A stretch of DNA of 64,000 bases from Eledone cirrhosa. Taxonomy: Eukaryota. Shown piece by piece: positions 52,691 through 64,000 of this stretch; positions within the stretch are counted from its first letter, which is position 1; each line of letters begins with the position of its first letter. The position numbers were made by a program, and so were the translations under genes. The notes beneath the pieces are model-generated. The model had not been told where the DNA came from. It searched no databases and saw only the letters and a program-made list of their open reading frames with translations. The DNA lies in the NCBI GenBank assembly GCA_964016885.1, contig OZ024742.1, forward strand, positions 45,136,001 to 45,200,000. Reading direction: 5' to 3'.

Positions 52691-55600
52691 ATAGCAGTAG
52701 CAACAGCACGAAAAACAAGACCAGTAGCAACAGTAGCGGCAGCAATAATGGTGCCGCTGAAAAATGGGCCAATTCTTTCGTTGGTGTGGCCCGAAATATA
52801 GAGACAGTGCTAGTCACGGAGGAGGAGATGGCAGTTGCAAGGGCCATGGTGACAAGGAATGAAAATAGAGTTTCCCTGAAACCTCCACCCGATTTCTTCA
52901 AAGACAAGCAGCTGTGCACGGTGACTTACCGCACCGTAAGAAAAATGTCAAGTCGAGTGGAGAGAGCCATGGAGGCTCAAATCCAAAAGGCCTTGGAGTG
53001 CGTCCGGGCGCGCAAAACACACATCACCCGAGGCAAAAAGTACGCCTCAGTAGACCTACTCCCCCGCCCCCACCATCGAGGCCATCCCAGATATCATAGA
53101 CCTCGAAGAAGGACTCCTTATAAGCGTGGAAGGAAGGCGCCCAAAGTGCTATCTCTGTGGGCAGAAGGGTCATCTCAGGGCCTTCTGCCCGCAGAAGACA
53201 GACAAGAAGAGGGCCCCCTCCTTCCGACGCCTGATCCGCTACCAAGAGCAGGGCAGGAAACAGAGGCAGAAGACCCTTTCATGGTGAGTAGGAGGGCAAC
53301 GTCCGTGGCACCCATATCAAGGCCACGGACAACTAACACAGCGGCAACACCAACAGTCGCAGTAGCTACACCGGCGGAAAAATCGCCGTAGCGGGTTCCA
53401 CTACCCTCACCAACAGCAGTAGAGCTCATACCCCTCCCAGACGCCACGGAGTCCGACATGGAGTATGAGGCGAGAGGGAAGTGGAAAACGGTCTGCCACA
53501 AAAAACAAAAAAGGAAAAAACCCTTAGCTTCACCTTCCAAAAGCGAAGGCAAACAAAGAGGGGTAAAGGCTGCAAGGAGACTTGCAGAAACACCATCACC
53601 ATCACTACCACAAGCATCACCACTAACAGCAACCGCACCACCACCAGCATCAACAAAAACACCAACATTGCAAACACAACAAAACACACACACCCAACAG
53701 CAACAAGAAAACATCCCCCCCCCCCAAGTACACAGCCATAAACATGGCAAATAAAGAACTCTTACAACATATAAAGCAGCACACAGACATCAGAGAAAAT
53801 AACTACTACACCCCACCAACACCAAGAACTCTCCCGACAAACATAAACATCATTGAAATCAAAATAAAACATTACAAAATTTTAAAACAAAAATTCCCCA
53901 ACGCAGTTGGAGACTTCAGAGGGTCGGTTACCAAGAGGATATACACCGACATCCTCTTGGAAACACCCAAGACCAGTCAAAGGGACAGTTCTCCTGTCCC
54001 TTCCCCACACGATCAAGGTAAGTGATCCTTTCTCACTTACCCGTTTCTCATCCAACATGGCCGTACTTAGAATAGGCAGTATAAATGAACGTGGCCTGGG
54101 GTCATCTTGGCAGCAGAGTAACCTGCTCAACGACCTCAGGTCACTAAACATAGATGTGGTGGCCATCAGTGAGACCAGAATCCCCGAAGTACGAGCCTTC
54201 GCACCGATCTTCGGCGGCTACGATGTATACGCATCTCCCAGCCGTCCAGGATCGGGGGGGGGGGTAGTGGTTGCCGTGCTTTTTCGGAGAGGCTTGGATC
54301 TCGCCATACGGGCCATCTTCCTGGACCCAGAAGGTAAGTCGGTGGTGCTGGACTAGACCGGCAGCGAAGGCAATGCTTTCAGGCTAGTAGCCGTCTACGC
54401 CCCAACAGGCCAGATTTCTTCAGACGTCTAGAGACCTTTCTTGGAACGTCCCGCTCTTTAGTGTTAGTGGGCGACTGGAACGGTATTTTAGATGCACGCT
54501 GGGATTATGTGGGGCTAGTAGACAGGACAGGAGGGTGTAAAAGCCTCAACGACCTGCTCAGACGTTTTGAACTGTGTGACAGGTATAGACTGGATTATCC
54601 GAATGTGCCAATGTGGACATGGGCAAACCGCATCGGGTCATCCAGATCGTATTTAGGTAGGGTATTCTGTAGGGAAACAGATAAGGCTAGTGTAGGTTGT
54701 CCACAATTTAAAGTAGTCGACTACACGGACCACAAATCTGTGATCTGTGAAGTTGACTTAGATAGACTCCATAGACAAGGGCTCGGCTACTGGAAGCTGA
54801 ACGCGTCGTTCCCTGCGCGCAAAACTTACAGAGACGGGATTAGCAAATTAGTTAAGCGTGCGTTGACGGATGCGATCGTCAACAACAGGTGGTGGTTTAC
54901 CCTGAAAAGGGCTATTAAAGTAGAATCGATAAGGTTTAGCAAAGGAGTAGTGATAGAGGAAAATAGAGTAGAGGGAGAGTTAGTTAGAAAGCTAGAAGAG
55001 GCGTTTAGGACAGGCATCGCAACCGACGTGCTTGCGGCGAGATTGGCATTCGACCAATTCTTCAACGCAAAGCATGAAGGCTGAGTTGTCAGAGCTAGAG
55101 CGCGTGCTCTAAGACACGGGGGGACGAAAGCCGTTCAATGGGCCCGGGTGGTGGAGGCGCGACGGGGCAACAAGTCCACAATTCGGTCTTTGCCTGATCA
55201 AAACGGGCGCATGTTGCTCGAACCCGAGCAGATGTGTGCGGCTTTTCAACAGCACTTTGCTCAATTGTTCGGGAGCGGCGGCGGGCCGGATCGGAGTATG
55301 GACTTCGGTACATACCTCGACGGACTGCCGCGGCTCTCGACGACCGCAGCGCAGTGCTGCGAAAAGCCGATAACAGCAGGTGAAATACGGGAAGCGATGT
55401 CTGACTGCAGGAGGGGTAAATCGCCAGATTTGGATGGTCTGCCCTACGAGCTTTATGCGTATATGCCAGACTTGTTCGGCGACCTCTTGGCAGATGTCTA
55501 CTGCCAGGTTCCTTAACCACCCTCTCTATGATGTATCGCATGAGATGGAGGTTGTCGTGGATGGATCTATCCGGAATGGCGCTTGTCTGCGCCTCTCCCA

Positions 55601-57738
55601 CCAGATCACCGACGACAAACGCCAATCTCTTTGCTAACACCTTGGCCAAAATATTAAACTCTGCGTTTAGCAGAGTTATGGGCCTGAAGTTGTCTATAAC
55701 ATCCCTGAGAAAAGACCCGAACAAGGGGGATGTTATAGACAACTTCAGGCCCACAACTCTGCTAAACGCAGAGTTTAATATTTTGGCCAAGGTGTTAGCA
55801 AAGAGATTGGCGTTTGTCGTCGGTGATCTGGTGGGAGAGGCGCAGACATGCGCCATTCCGGATAGATCCATCCACGACAACCTCCATCTCATGCGATACA
55901 TCATAGAGAGGGTGGTTAAGGAACCTGGCACGGGTGGGGCCCTGATCAACTTGGATCAATCTAAAGCATTTGATAGGGTCGACCATCGGTACCTGGCTGC
56001 GGTCCTCGAGGCTTCGGGCCCGTTTTTAGAGGCTGGATCGCTGCGATGCACAGCGACATCTGCTCGATTGTGAGGGTGAATGGTCACCTATCGCAGCTTT
56101 TCAACATCATGCGCTCAGTCCGCCAGGGTTGCCCCCTCTCGTCCCTCTTGTACGTACTGGCTCTCGAGCCGTTACTGCACAAATTGGAGACGATGAGGGG
56201 AGTCCCACGCGAACTGGGATGCGGGAGATCCGTGTCAGCTTACGCCGACGACGTCACCGTGGTGGTGTCGAGCACCAAACACGTCCAGATGCTCGGCACC
56301 GCTCTCAAGGAATACGAAGCGGTGACAGGAGCAAAGATAAACCAAGAAAAGTCGGTGGGCTTGCAACTCGGCACCTGGAGAGACAAGTCCATGCCGTCCG
56401 ACAGCATCGTGGGGCGCTGGACGAAAGGACCGGTTGAATTACTCGGGGTCTGGTTCGGTCCGGACCTCCAGATGGAGAAAAATTGGAGCGAGGTGTCTCT
56501 GAAAGGTCGGGCGGAGGTGGCAAATGCGTACATAGCGTCCGTCGTACCTTTCCCTCAACTCTGACCAAAATGGAGCGCCTTCTCTTCCGCTTTTTGTGGA
56601 AGGGACGTGCTCCCATGGTCAGACGATCCATTTGCTGTCAACACCCGTTGCGTGGAGGACTAGGCATGCCGTGGCTGATGATGCGCTGAGGCCGCGACAT
56701 CTCTGGTGCTTCCTTGACGGTGAACAGGTGTGGTCGCCGTTTTCCAGACGCGCTTTTCCCCAGTTCGTCACTTTGACGGAGCTGGTTCAGGAAAAGACCG
56801 AAGGATAGCGCTTGGAAGCTGGAATGTCTCCAAGCGCTCACCGCCCTCTACCAGCTGGGCATAGTATCGGTGGAACATCCACCTCGGCGTTCTATAGAGG
56901 GCTAGTGGAGGGAAAGAGCGACGACGTTCTCGGGGAGACCCTGAGCGTCGAAGACGATCAGCTGTTCGCTCTCTATAAGAGAACTTTCAGACCGGGGCCT
57001 ATGGACAACTTCCAGAAATCCCTGGCCTGGGAGTGCTACCGGGGAGCGTTGCCGGTTCGGGATAAGCTCTACAGGCACGGAGGTGCTGTCAGCCGAGCCT
57101 GTCCGAGATGCGCGCAGGGCGATGAAACCGTCCTGCACACACTTGTTCAGTGCCCGAGGAGCTATGTCGAACAGCTGCTGTCGCGTGTAGAACGGATCCG
57201 GTTATCGACTGAGTCCATTGTTCAGATAGCCCCGCCATCCTCCTTTAAAGAGGAGGAAGAGCAGGCAGTTTTCATCTGCCTGGTAGTCATAGCGAAAGAG
57301 ATTGTGTGGTGGACAAGGTTGAAAGGGTTGAAGACGGATACTTTCCTCTGTGCCAATCCCTGATTAACTTTTTCAAGTTTCACTTGAAGAGGAAAATCAG
57401 GGTGGAGAGACAAGTGCTGTCTTCTAGTAAATTTGTTGAAAGGTGGGTGAAAGTGGCGAATATGGGCCTGTAGACTGAGGAGTGGGAAAAATGAGAGAGG
57501 TCGCTTGCCCTAGTGGTCAGGGTGGCCGTGGTCTTTTGTGTGGTTATCATCACGAGTGACTCCCTCGGAGGTTTCCCCCTTCTTGGGGAATTTTTGTTGT
57601 TTGAATTTTTTTGATTTCTAGCCCGATTTTGTTATAACCTGTTTACACGACCAAAACACATTTTTTATCGTCCTGTACTGTTCTGAGCCGTCTCTAATGT
57701 TTTTCTTCGTGTTAGCCCTTGTGGCCAATAAAGAAACC
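52691..57738 (+). mobile_element. Tx1-like family A copy 2 (5'-truncated, degraded, with an internal inverted duplication)
   Basis: Colinear with copy 1, with many stops and deletions. The 3' end is CCTTGTGGCCAATAAAGAAACC-ATTATT. Confidence 0.9.
55502..55930. repeat. Inverted duplication, 204-bp arms (55502-55705 / 55727-55930)
   Basis: Reverse complement with 2 mismatches. It replaces a ~55-bp stretch that is present in copy 1. Confidence 0.92.
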
Positions 57739-57744
57739 ATTATT

Positions 57745-58182
57745 AGTATTCTCAGTCATTGATGTTATTTAACTGGAAAGTTTGTTGAAATGAATATCAA
57801 GCCGCTATCTGCAGCCTCAGACATTCAGGACGTATTGGAGGGTTCTTGCTGTTCCCAGCAAGCATGCCTTTTGAAGTGTTCCAAAAAGCGGGGCTGGGCT
57901 AATCTTCTTTAACCATCCTTGGAAACTCTTTGAGATAGTACCTAGTGCTCCTATGACAATCGGGACGACCTTGATCTCATGACAGTCCCAAATCCTTTTT
58001 AACTCCCACTTTAAATCTTGGTATCGATTAATTTTCTCCCTCTCCTTTTCTTGCACTCTCGTGTCATATGGGCAGGATACATCTACAATCAGGCACGATC
58101 TTTTTTCCTTGTCCAAAACCACCAGGTCAGGCTTATTGTGTTCTAATTCCTTGTCCGTCTGTATCCTAAAATCCCATAGCAC
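57745..58182 (-). pseudogene. R4/Dong-clade non-LTR retrotransposon 3' fragment (restriction-like endonuclease)
   Basis: LWDFRIQTDKELEHNKPDLVV...IVDVSCPYD...EKINRYQDL...VVPIVIGALG...LQKACLLGT. The 3' end lies in AATACTAATAAT. Confidence 0.85.
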
Positions 58183-58187
58183 TATTT

Positions 58188-58376
58188 GTAGATTGGCAGT
58201 ATCGGTAGAGGATCTGACGCCATGCTTTGCAGCAAAGAGTTACGGCCTTTTATGATCTGAGTTCAAATCCCGCCGAGGTTAACTTTGCCTTTCATCCTTA
58301 CGGGGTCGATAAAATAAAGTACCAGTAATACACTGGGATAATTGCTAGCCTTGTACCAAAAGTAGAAACAATTATC
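58188..58376 (+). mobile_element. tRNA SINE copy (another at 61282-61477)
   Basis: Same head, body and tail as the copy at 15051. Confidence 0.85.
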
Positions 58377-59033
58377 ATTTTTTTTACACTCTGCTTCGTA
58401 CTACACCTCTATATTTACTGGAAACTACGCATTGAGTGCTCACTCTGGTGAACCTATATATATATGAAAAACATGGGAAGAAAGAGGTAAACTGCGTGGT
58501 TGCACATGGGTTACATATTATAAAATTAGTCCCTCATCAGTGATTTGCCAACCATCATTGGTATTTCATCGCATTAAAAATCATATACCTCAGGTTGGTG
58601 CGAGCAATAACTAAAATAAGCTATTGGGACAAGTGAATCGCGTAAAGCGAGTGAGACAAGTAAACAACATAGAAGGAAAAGCAAACCGAAGGTAGGAAAA
58701 CAGCAAGCAACATGATGGATATCCGATCAGCATAAGCTGGGTGAATTTCATGAGCGGTCAGAAAACAGACCGTCCGACGTGAATGAGATGTGAGAAAGAA
58801 AGAATCCCACTACTAACGAACGGGAGGAAGTGAGATATATATATATGCAGAGGTTATATTTAATTTGTTGGGATTCAACAAGCTTATACATTTTTATAGC
58901 TGATATAAAGCACTCAACAAGTTAGTGGAGTAAATATACAATATATTAATAAATGAATAGTATCCAGCGAATTTCAACCGTTGAGGTTGTCTTTTTTCCG
59001 GGTATGTCACTATTTATTTATAAAACAAATCTG

Positions 59034-59099
59034 TATTTTATCTGATGAAAGCGCACCATAATTTACCTTAGTCGCCCTTGAAATATATATAATAAAATA
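59034..59099 (+). ncRNA. Minimal type I hammerhead ribozyme in a foldback element (~58848-59149)
   Basis: TATTTTAT-CTGATGA-AAGCGCAC...GTCGCCCTT-GAAA-TATATA-TA-ATAAAATA. A 25-bp inverted repeat lies at 58931-58955 / 59125-59149. Confidence 0.72.
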
Positions 59100-59143
59100 A
59101 GTATGGTTTTATAAATATAGTTTCCATTTATTAATATATTGTA

Positions 59144-59221
<78 letters not shown>

Positions 59222-60639
59222 GGGATTGTGAAAACGAGTTATATATAGGAGATAAATAAATTGGGTATTATACTAGTTTCTTACAAATGCGAAGAAGCTC
59301 GATATATTAACCCCTTAGGAAAGGTTACAAAGCATAATTTGTTTTAAAATTATATATATACAGGGGAAATGGAACTAGGAGAGGGGGGTATCGCCCCTCC
59401 CCCCAATGCCCCAATAATTATATTTTTCTACCAAAACACATATCTATTTGTATATGCGCTACAATTTATGTACAAAAATATAATAATATAATTCATTTAA
59501 CAATAATGATAAAGGAAATAAAAAAGAGGGGGGCGGGGACAATTTGCCATCAAGGGCGATTCACCATCAATCGGCCGCACCTCACACTTTAGGGGTTAAC
59601 TACACACTTTGAAGCGAGGTAACATCATTACCACGGGTGATGGCGAGACTAATAACCAGGCACCTTCACGGACATCACCTGATACCTCAGTAAGGTGAGC
59701 CGCCAATGATGACAAGAACTTCGCTGTCTCCATCAAACGTCTGGAAAAAATAATTGCACCCCGCTACTTTTTTTTTTTTTTCCATTACCATTACTAGCAG
59801 GAAAACCAGCCTGCGGGTGGTTTTCTGCTAGCATGTGTAGTGAGTATATTGATATTATACGCAGGTATATATACATGTAGATATGATACATCAAATAAAA
59901 TCGCAATTGACAATATATAATACATAGAAATTGAACGAAGATTGCGTTACACTGCCTTATTTAATCAGTAACGTAATCCATGATACATTAAAAAAAGACG
60001 ATATCTACTCTATAAATTGGAAATGGTCGGACGTTGTATATTTAAGTGTATATTTAAGTAAGTAAGTAAGTGTAGTCGGATAAACGTCGAAATGGCTTGG
60101 TGGAATGCAGCGAAAATTTACACAGTTATGCAGAATGACCCGAGGAGGCGTTGGGTCGACTTTTAACAATCTTCCATGGTTATGGAGAAAATCGATGAAA
60201 CAGGAATTTCCCATTCAAATTGAACTGAGAGTAATCTGTGAACGCAGAAGTAAATATTTCGAGAAACGTTCCAACCGAACGAAAACAGGAAGACGATATT
60301 TTGGTTCGTGAAGACGTTCCCTGGCAATGAACGGGGAAAAAAGCGAGGATAATACGTTGTTATGTGGAGCGTGAAGAACAATTTCATGCAAAGACAAGAC
60401 TAAGTTTATGGTATAAATGGAGTGTTAGACTAATATTCTATTTAACATAACAGAATGATTTCCAGCCTCGGAGTTTAAGAATGATGTAAATAAAATTGAA
60501 AACGAAAATGACAGAGGTTATTAAAATAGTAAAAGTAAATAGTGAAGATTTAGGCCAGTATGTATGTGTATGCCCCGACGGACATACACATACATACGCA
60601 CACACAAATACACCCCCCCCCCCCCTCCACACACACACA

Positions 60640-61087
60640 CGAGCTCGCGCGTGTATAAACCTTATGCATTTCTACAGTATTTTCACCAAACTTAAGACAT
60701 AGGTTACTTATATACTCCGGATGGTCATGGGCACTGTCATTTTTCCAGATATTGATTATAGGGCCTCCCGGCAGATAACCCCCTTGAACCACTTCCTTGG
60801 AGTCGACTGAAGAACTGCAGTGCAATGCAACAAAACGTCATAACTTCTGGAGTTCGCAACCGATTTTCACAAAACTTGACACATGGGCTACGTTTGTCCT
60901 ACAGATGAATGTGAACTCTCAGAATTGGCACATATTGAGTAGGGGACCCCTGGGAGCAGGAACCCTCTTTTGGAAAAAGCCGATGCTTTTGTAAAAGTAT
61001 AGTTTTCGAAGTAGCACTGAAGTATTGACATAAATGGTATACACAACTGCTATTTAATACCCGAGCAACGCCGGGTACCTCTACTAG
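60640..61087 (+). mobile_element. Non-autonomous Helitron-like element 3' portion
   Basis: Subterminal hairpin TACCCG-AGCAACGC-CGGGTA (61058-61077), then CTAG (61084-61087) followed by T. The 5' boundary is uncertain. Confidence 0.6.
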
Positions 61088-62299
61088 TTATATATAAACT
61101 GCATTAGAAGAAAATTAGTGACAGAAAATTAGTATGTTTATTTACGCGATGGCCAACCGGAAGTGTTGACATTTCAGAAATTTTAAAGAAGTGAATCTTT
61201 AAATAAACAAAATATATTTAATCAACAGCCACGAGATTTAGTAGATACATTATGTAATATTATTTATTTATTCAAAGTAATAGGGTTGGTGGATTGGCAG
61301 TATTGGTAGAGGGTCAGATGCCATGCTTTCCAAGCATAGAGTTACGGCCCTTGCTATTCTGAGTTCAAATCCTGCCGAGGTTTACTTTGCCTTTCATCCT
61401 TACGGGGTCGATAAAATAAAGTACCAGTAATGCACTGGGTTATTGCTGGCCTTGTGCCAAAAGTAGAAATAATTATTTATTCAACGTAATCCAACTTATT
61501 TTACTAATGGGATAAAAATAATAATAAACCGTACGCAGTCCCGTGCTCCTTGCTTTATTATAGTTTAGATTGTTCAATTAATTATATTATTATATTGTTA
61601 TACACCTTGTTAAAATAAAATATGTATTTATGTTCATGTTATGTTTATCACATATCGAAGTTTTCTGACCATTTTAGAGTGCAAAGAGCTAAATTAATCA
61701 CTACAACTAATCGTAAATTGACCAAATTTTCCCCTCCCCTCCCAATTCAGAAAAGCTCCCATCGCCCCTGTTACATATCTTGTTTTGTTTTCCACAAACA
61801 CTATATTTATGTTTGTTTGGCATATCGTTTGTATGAGATTATGATATCTGGAGGACGAGAATAATATTCAAATAACAAGTGACATCCCAACAGGTATCGA
61901 TGACACCGTCAATGAAATGTCATAAATGGGGGGGGGGGATAATCGTTTGTTTTTGTATTTTATTTAGTTGTTTCATTTTCATTTGATAATTTCTTTATCT
62001 ATTAAGCTTATCTTTCCCTTTTTTCTTTCTTTCTTTTTAACATAACGGAGATTTAGATATAATGAAAACATTATGCCCCACTTGTAATTATGATAAAACC
62101 AAGGAATTTTGAAGTTAACAGGAGAAGGGCAACATTGGTAGTTATTTTAACGGACTTGAATAAATGTGGCAGTAAGGAGAGCTAGATGTGAGAGGTGTTG
62201 CTTGAAAGAACATGTTTGAAACATTATCTCAACACTTCACCATTCTATCATGTTGAAGTTATTGGAGATATTACGACCTGATGACGTTTAACGTCTGTT

Positions 62300-63215
62300 G
62301 ATCACTACCACTACTAGATCCTGAACCACCACCAACCACAATTAACCACCACCACAACCACCTCCACCAATATCACCACCATCAGAATCACCATCACCAC
62401 TATCACCACAACCATCACCACCACCAACCACAACCATCACCACCACTACCAACGACGACGACCACCACAATGATGATCACCATCACCACCATTGCCATAA
62501 CCACCACCACCACCACCACCACAACCACCTCCACTACCACTGCCACCACTACCACCACAACCACATCCACCACCACCACCTCCACTACCTCCACCACCTC
62601 CACCACCACCTCAACCTCCACCACCACTACCACCTCCACAACCACCACCACCTCAACCACCACTACTACCTCCACTACCATCATCAAAACCATCCCAACC
62701 ACCACAATGATGATCACCACCACAACCACATCCACCACCTCCACCTCCAACCCCCCACCACCACATCCACCACCACCACATCCACCACCACCACCACCAC
62801 CACCACCACCACCACCACCACCTCCACTACCTCCACCACCTCCACCACCACTACCACCTCCACAACCACCACCATCTCAACCACTACTACCACCTCCACT
62901 ACCATCATCAAAACCATCCCAATCACCACAATGATGATTACCCCCCACCCACCAACACCTCCATCACCACCACCACCATCATCAAAACAATCACAGCCCC
63001 AACACCACCATCACAACCCCCCACCACTATAACCACCACCATCATCAAAACAATCACAACCACCACCACCACCTCCACCACCATCATCAAAACAATCACA
63101 ACCACCACCACCACCTCCACCACCTCCACCACCATCATCAAAACAATCACAACCCCCCCCCCCCCCCCCCATCACCACCACCACCTCCACCTCAACCACC
63201 ACTACAACCAGCATG
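62300..63215. repeat. Degenerate (ACC/CAC)n low-complexity tract with higher-order repeats
   Basis: Direct reading; CACCATCATCAAAACAATCACAACC recurs. Confidence 0.9.
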
Positions 63216-64000
63216 CTCATGATTTTTTCATCCTTATTCTCTCCTTTTTAGATAGTTTCTTCTTGCAATTTTTCTCTCTGATAATCCTTATCAGTACAGC
63301 CACGCATCTCTCCTTGCTGACCTCGACACTTGTATCCAAGTGGCAGCTGAGAAGATATGCAACGTCAGGTTTGACAAAATTGGATGGCAACAGGCCACCT
63401 TACCTGTTAGATATGGTGGCCTTGCCTCCAGTCCCTGATCTCGTTGGCTTTGCCAGCGTTTCTTTCGTCGGTAACCTCATGCCGTGTCCTCATCAACAAG
63501 GTTCTCCTAAATACAATGGAACCCACTGTGATCGAGGAACATGAGGCCACCTGTGAGACATGGAACTAGCTTGGACTTAGCCCAGTAGACGTCCCTCCTC
63601 CTTCTCCCCCTGCTGTCGTCAAGTCCCCCCAGAGTATTTGGAATGCTATCCAGTGCAACTTGGCCTCAGACAGGCTAGCACCCCAGCTCAACCAGCTCCA
63701 CCTTGCATGTTTTTGCACAGCCTCACAACCCCACAGCAGTGCCTGGGTCCATGCTTTACCCTCCTTCCCCACTGGCATGCAGCTGGACAACAATAACCTG
63801 CGCATCAGGGTTTACCTGAGGCTTGGCCTCCGGATCTGCGTGCCACATAATGTCACTGCAGATCCACCGTGGACACTTTCGGCTTCCACCCGCTTTCCTT
63901 TCGCTATAGTGCTGGTCGCCTTCCACACCATGCTGCTCTCAAGGAGGTTATAAAGCATGGTTTGGATGCTGCAAGCTTCCCCTCCCAGCTTGAGCCATTC

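Noticed and set aside
55095-56073. Novel 284-aa and 181-aa ORFs with RT motifs on both strands
   Set aside because: Artefacts of the 204-bp inverted duplication.
62415-63220. Mucin/extensin-like Thr/Pro-rich or poly-Val protein
   Set aside because: An (ACC)n low-complexity tract is open in most frames; no signal peptide or gene structure.

Overview
Eukaryotic, AT-rich, microsatellite-dense DNA made almost entirely of transposable elements and their relics. The repeat content suggests an octopod cephalopod (inference). I find no host protein-coding exon that I can support. Autonomous-type elements are: a full-length mariner (20975-22299, inactivated); two L1/Tx1-like non-LTR families, family B as a head-to-tail array at (TATC)n (31391-37073, minus) and family A as two copies at (ATT)n (46534-52568 with a near-intact ORF2, and 52691-57738); an RTE LINE with a PHD-type finger inside its RT region (37458-40540); and CRE-like and R4/Dong-like RLE fragments. 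Non-autonomous elements include a tRNA-headed SINE (about 12 copies), MITEs, a solo LTR and a Helitron-type end. Most notable structures: (1) a set of sequence-unrelated, non-coding foldback mini-elements, mostly next to (TA)n, carrying type I hammerhead ribozymes and a shared CTC-N9-12-TTGAG tail hairpin; one has a 476-nt terminally redundant monomer and a built-in alternative fold (retrozyme/Penelope-like). (2) A microsatellite-targeting Tx1 system in which the SINE shares the LINE's 3' end and ATTAT target, has inserted repeatedly at one site in two paralogous loci, and forms an apparent SINE-LINE chimera. All folds and alignments were done by eye and coordinates of degraded elements are approximate.
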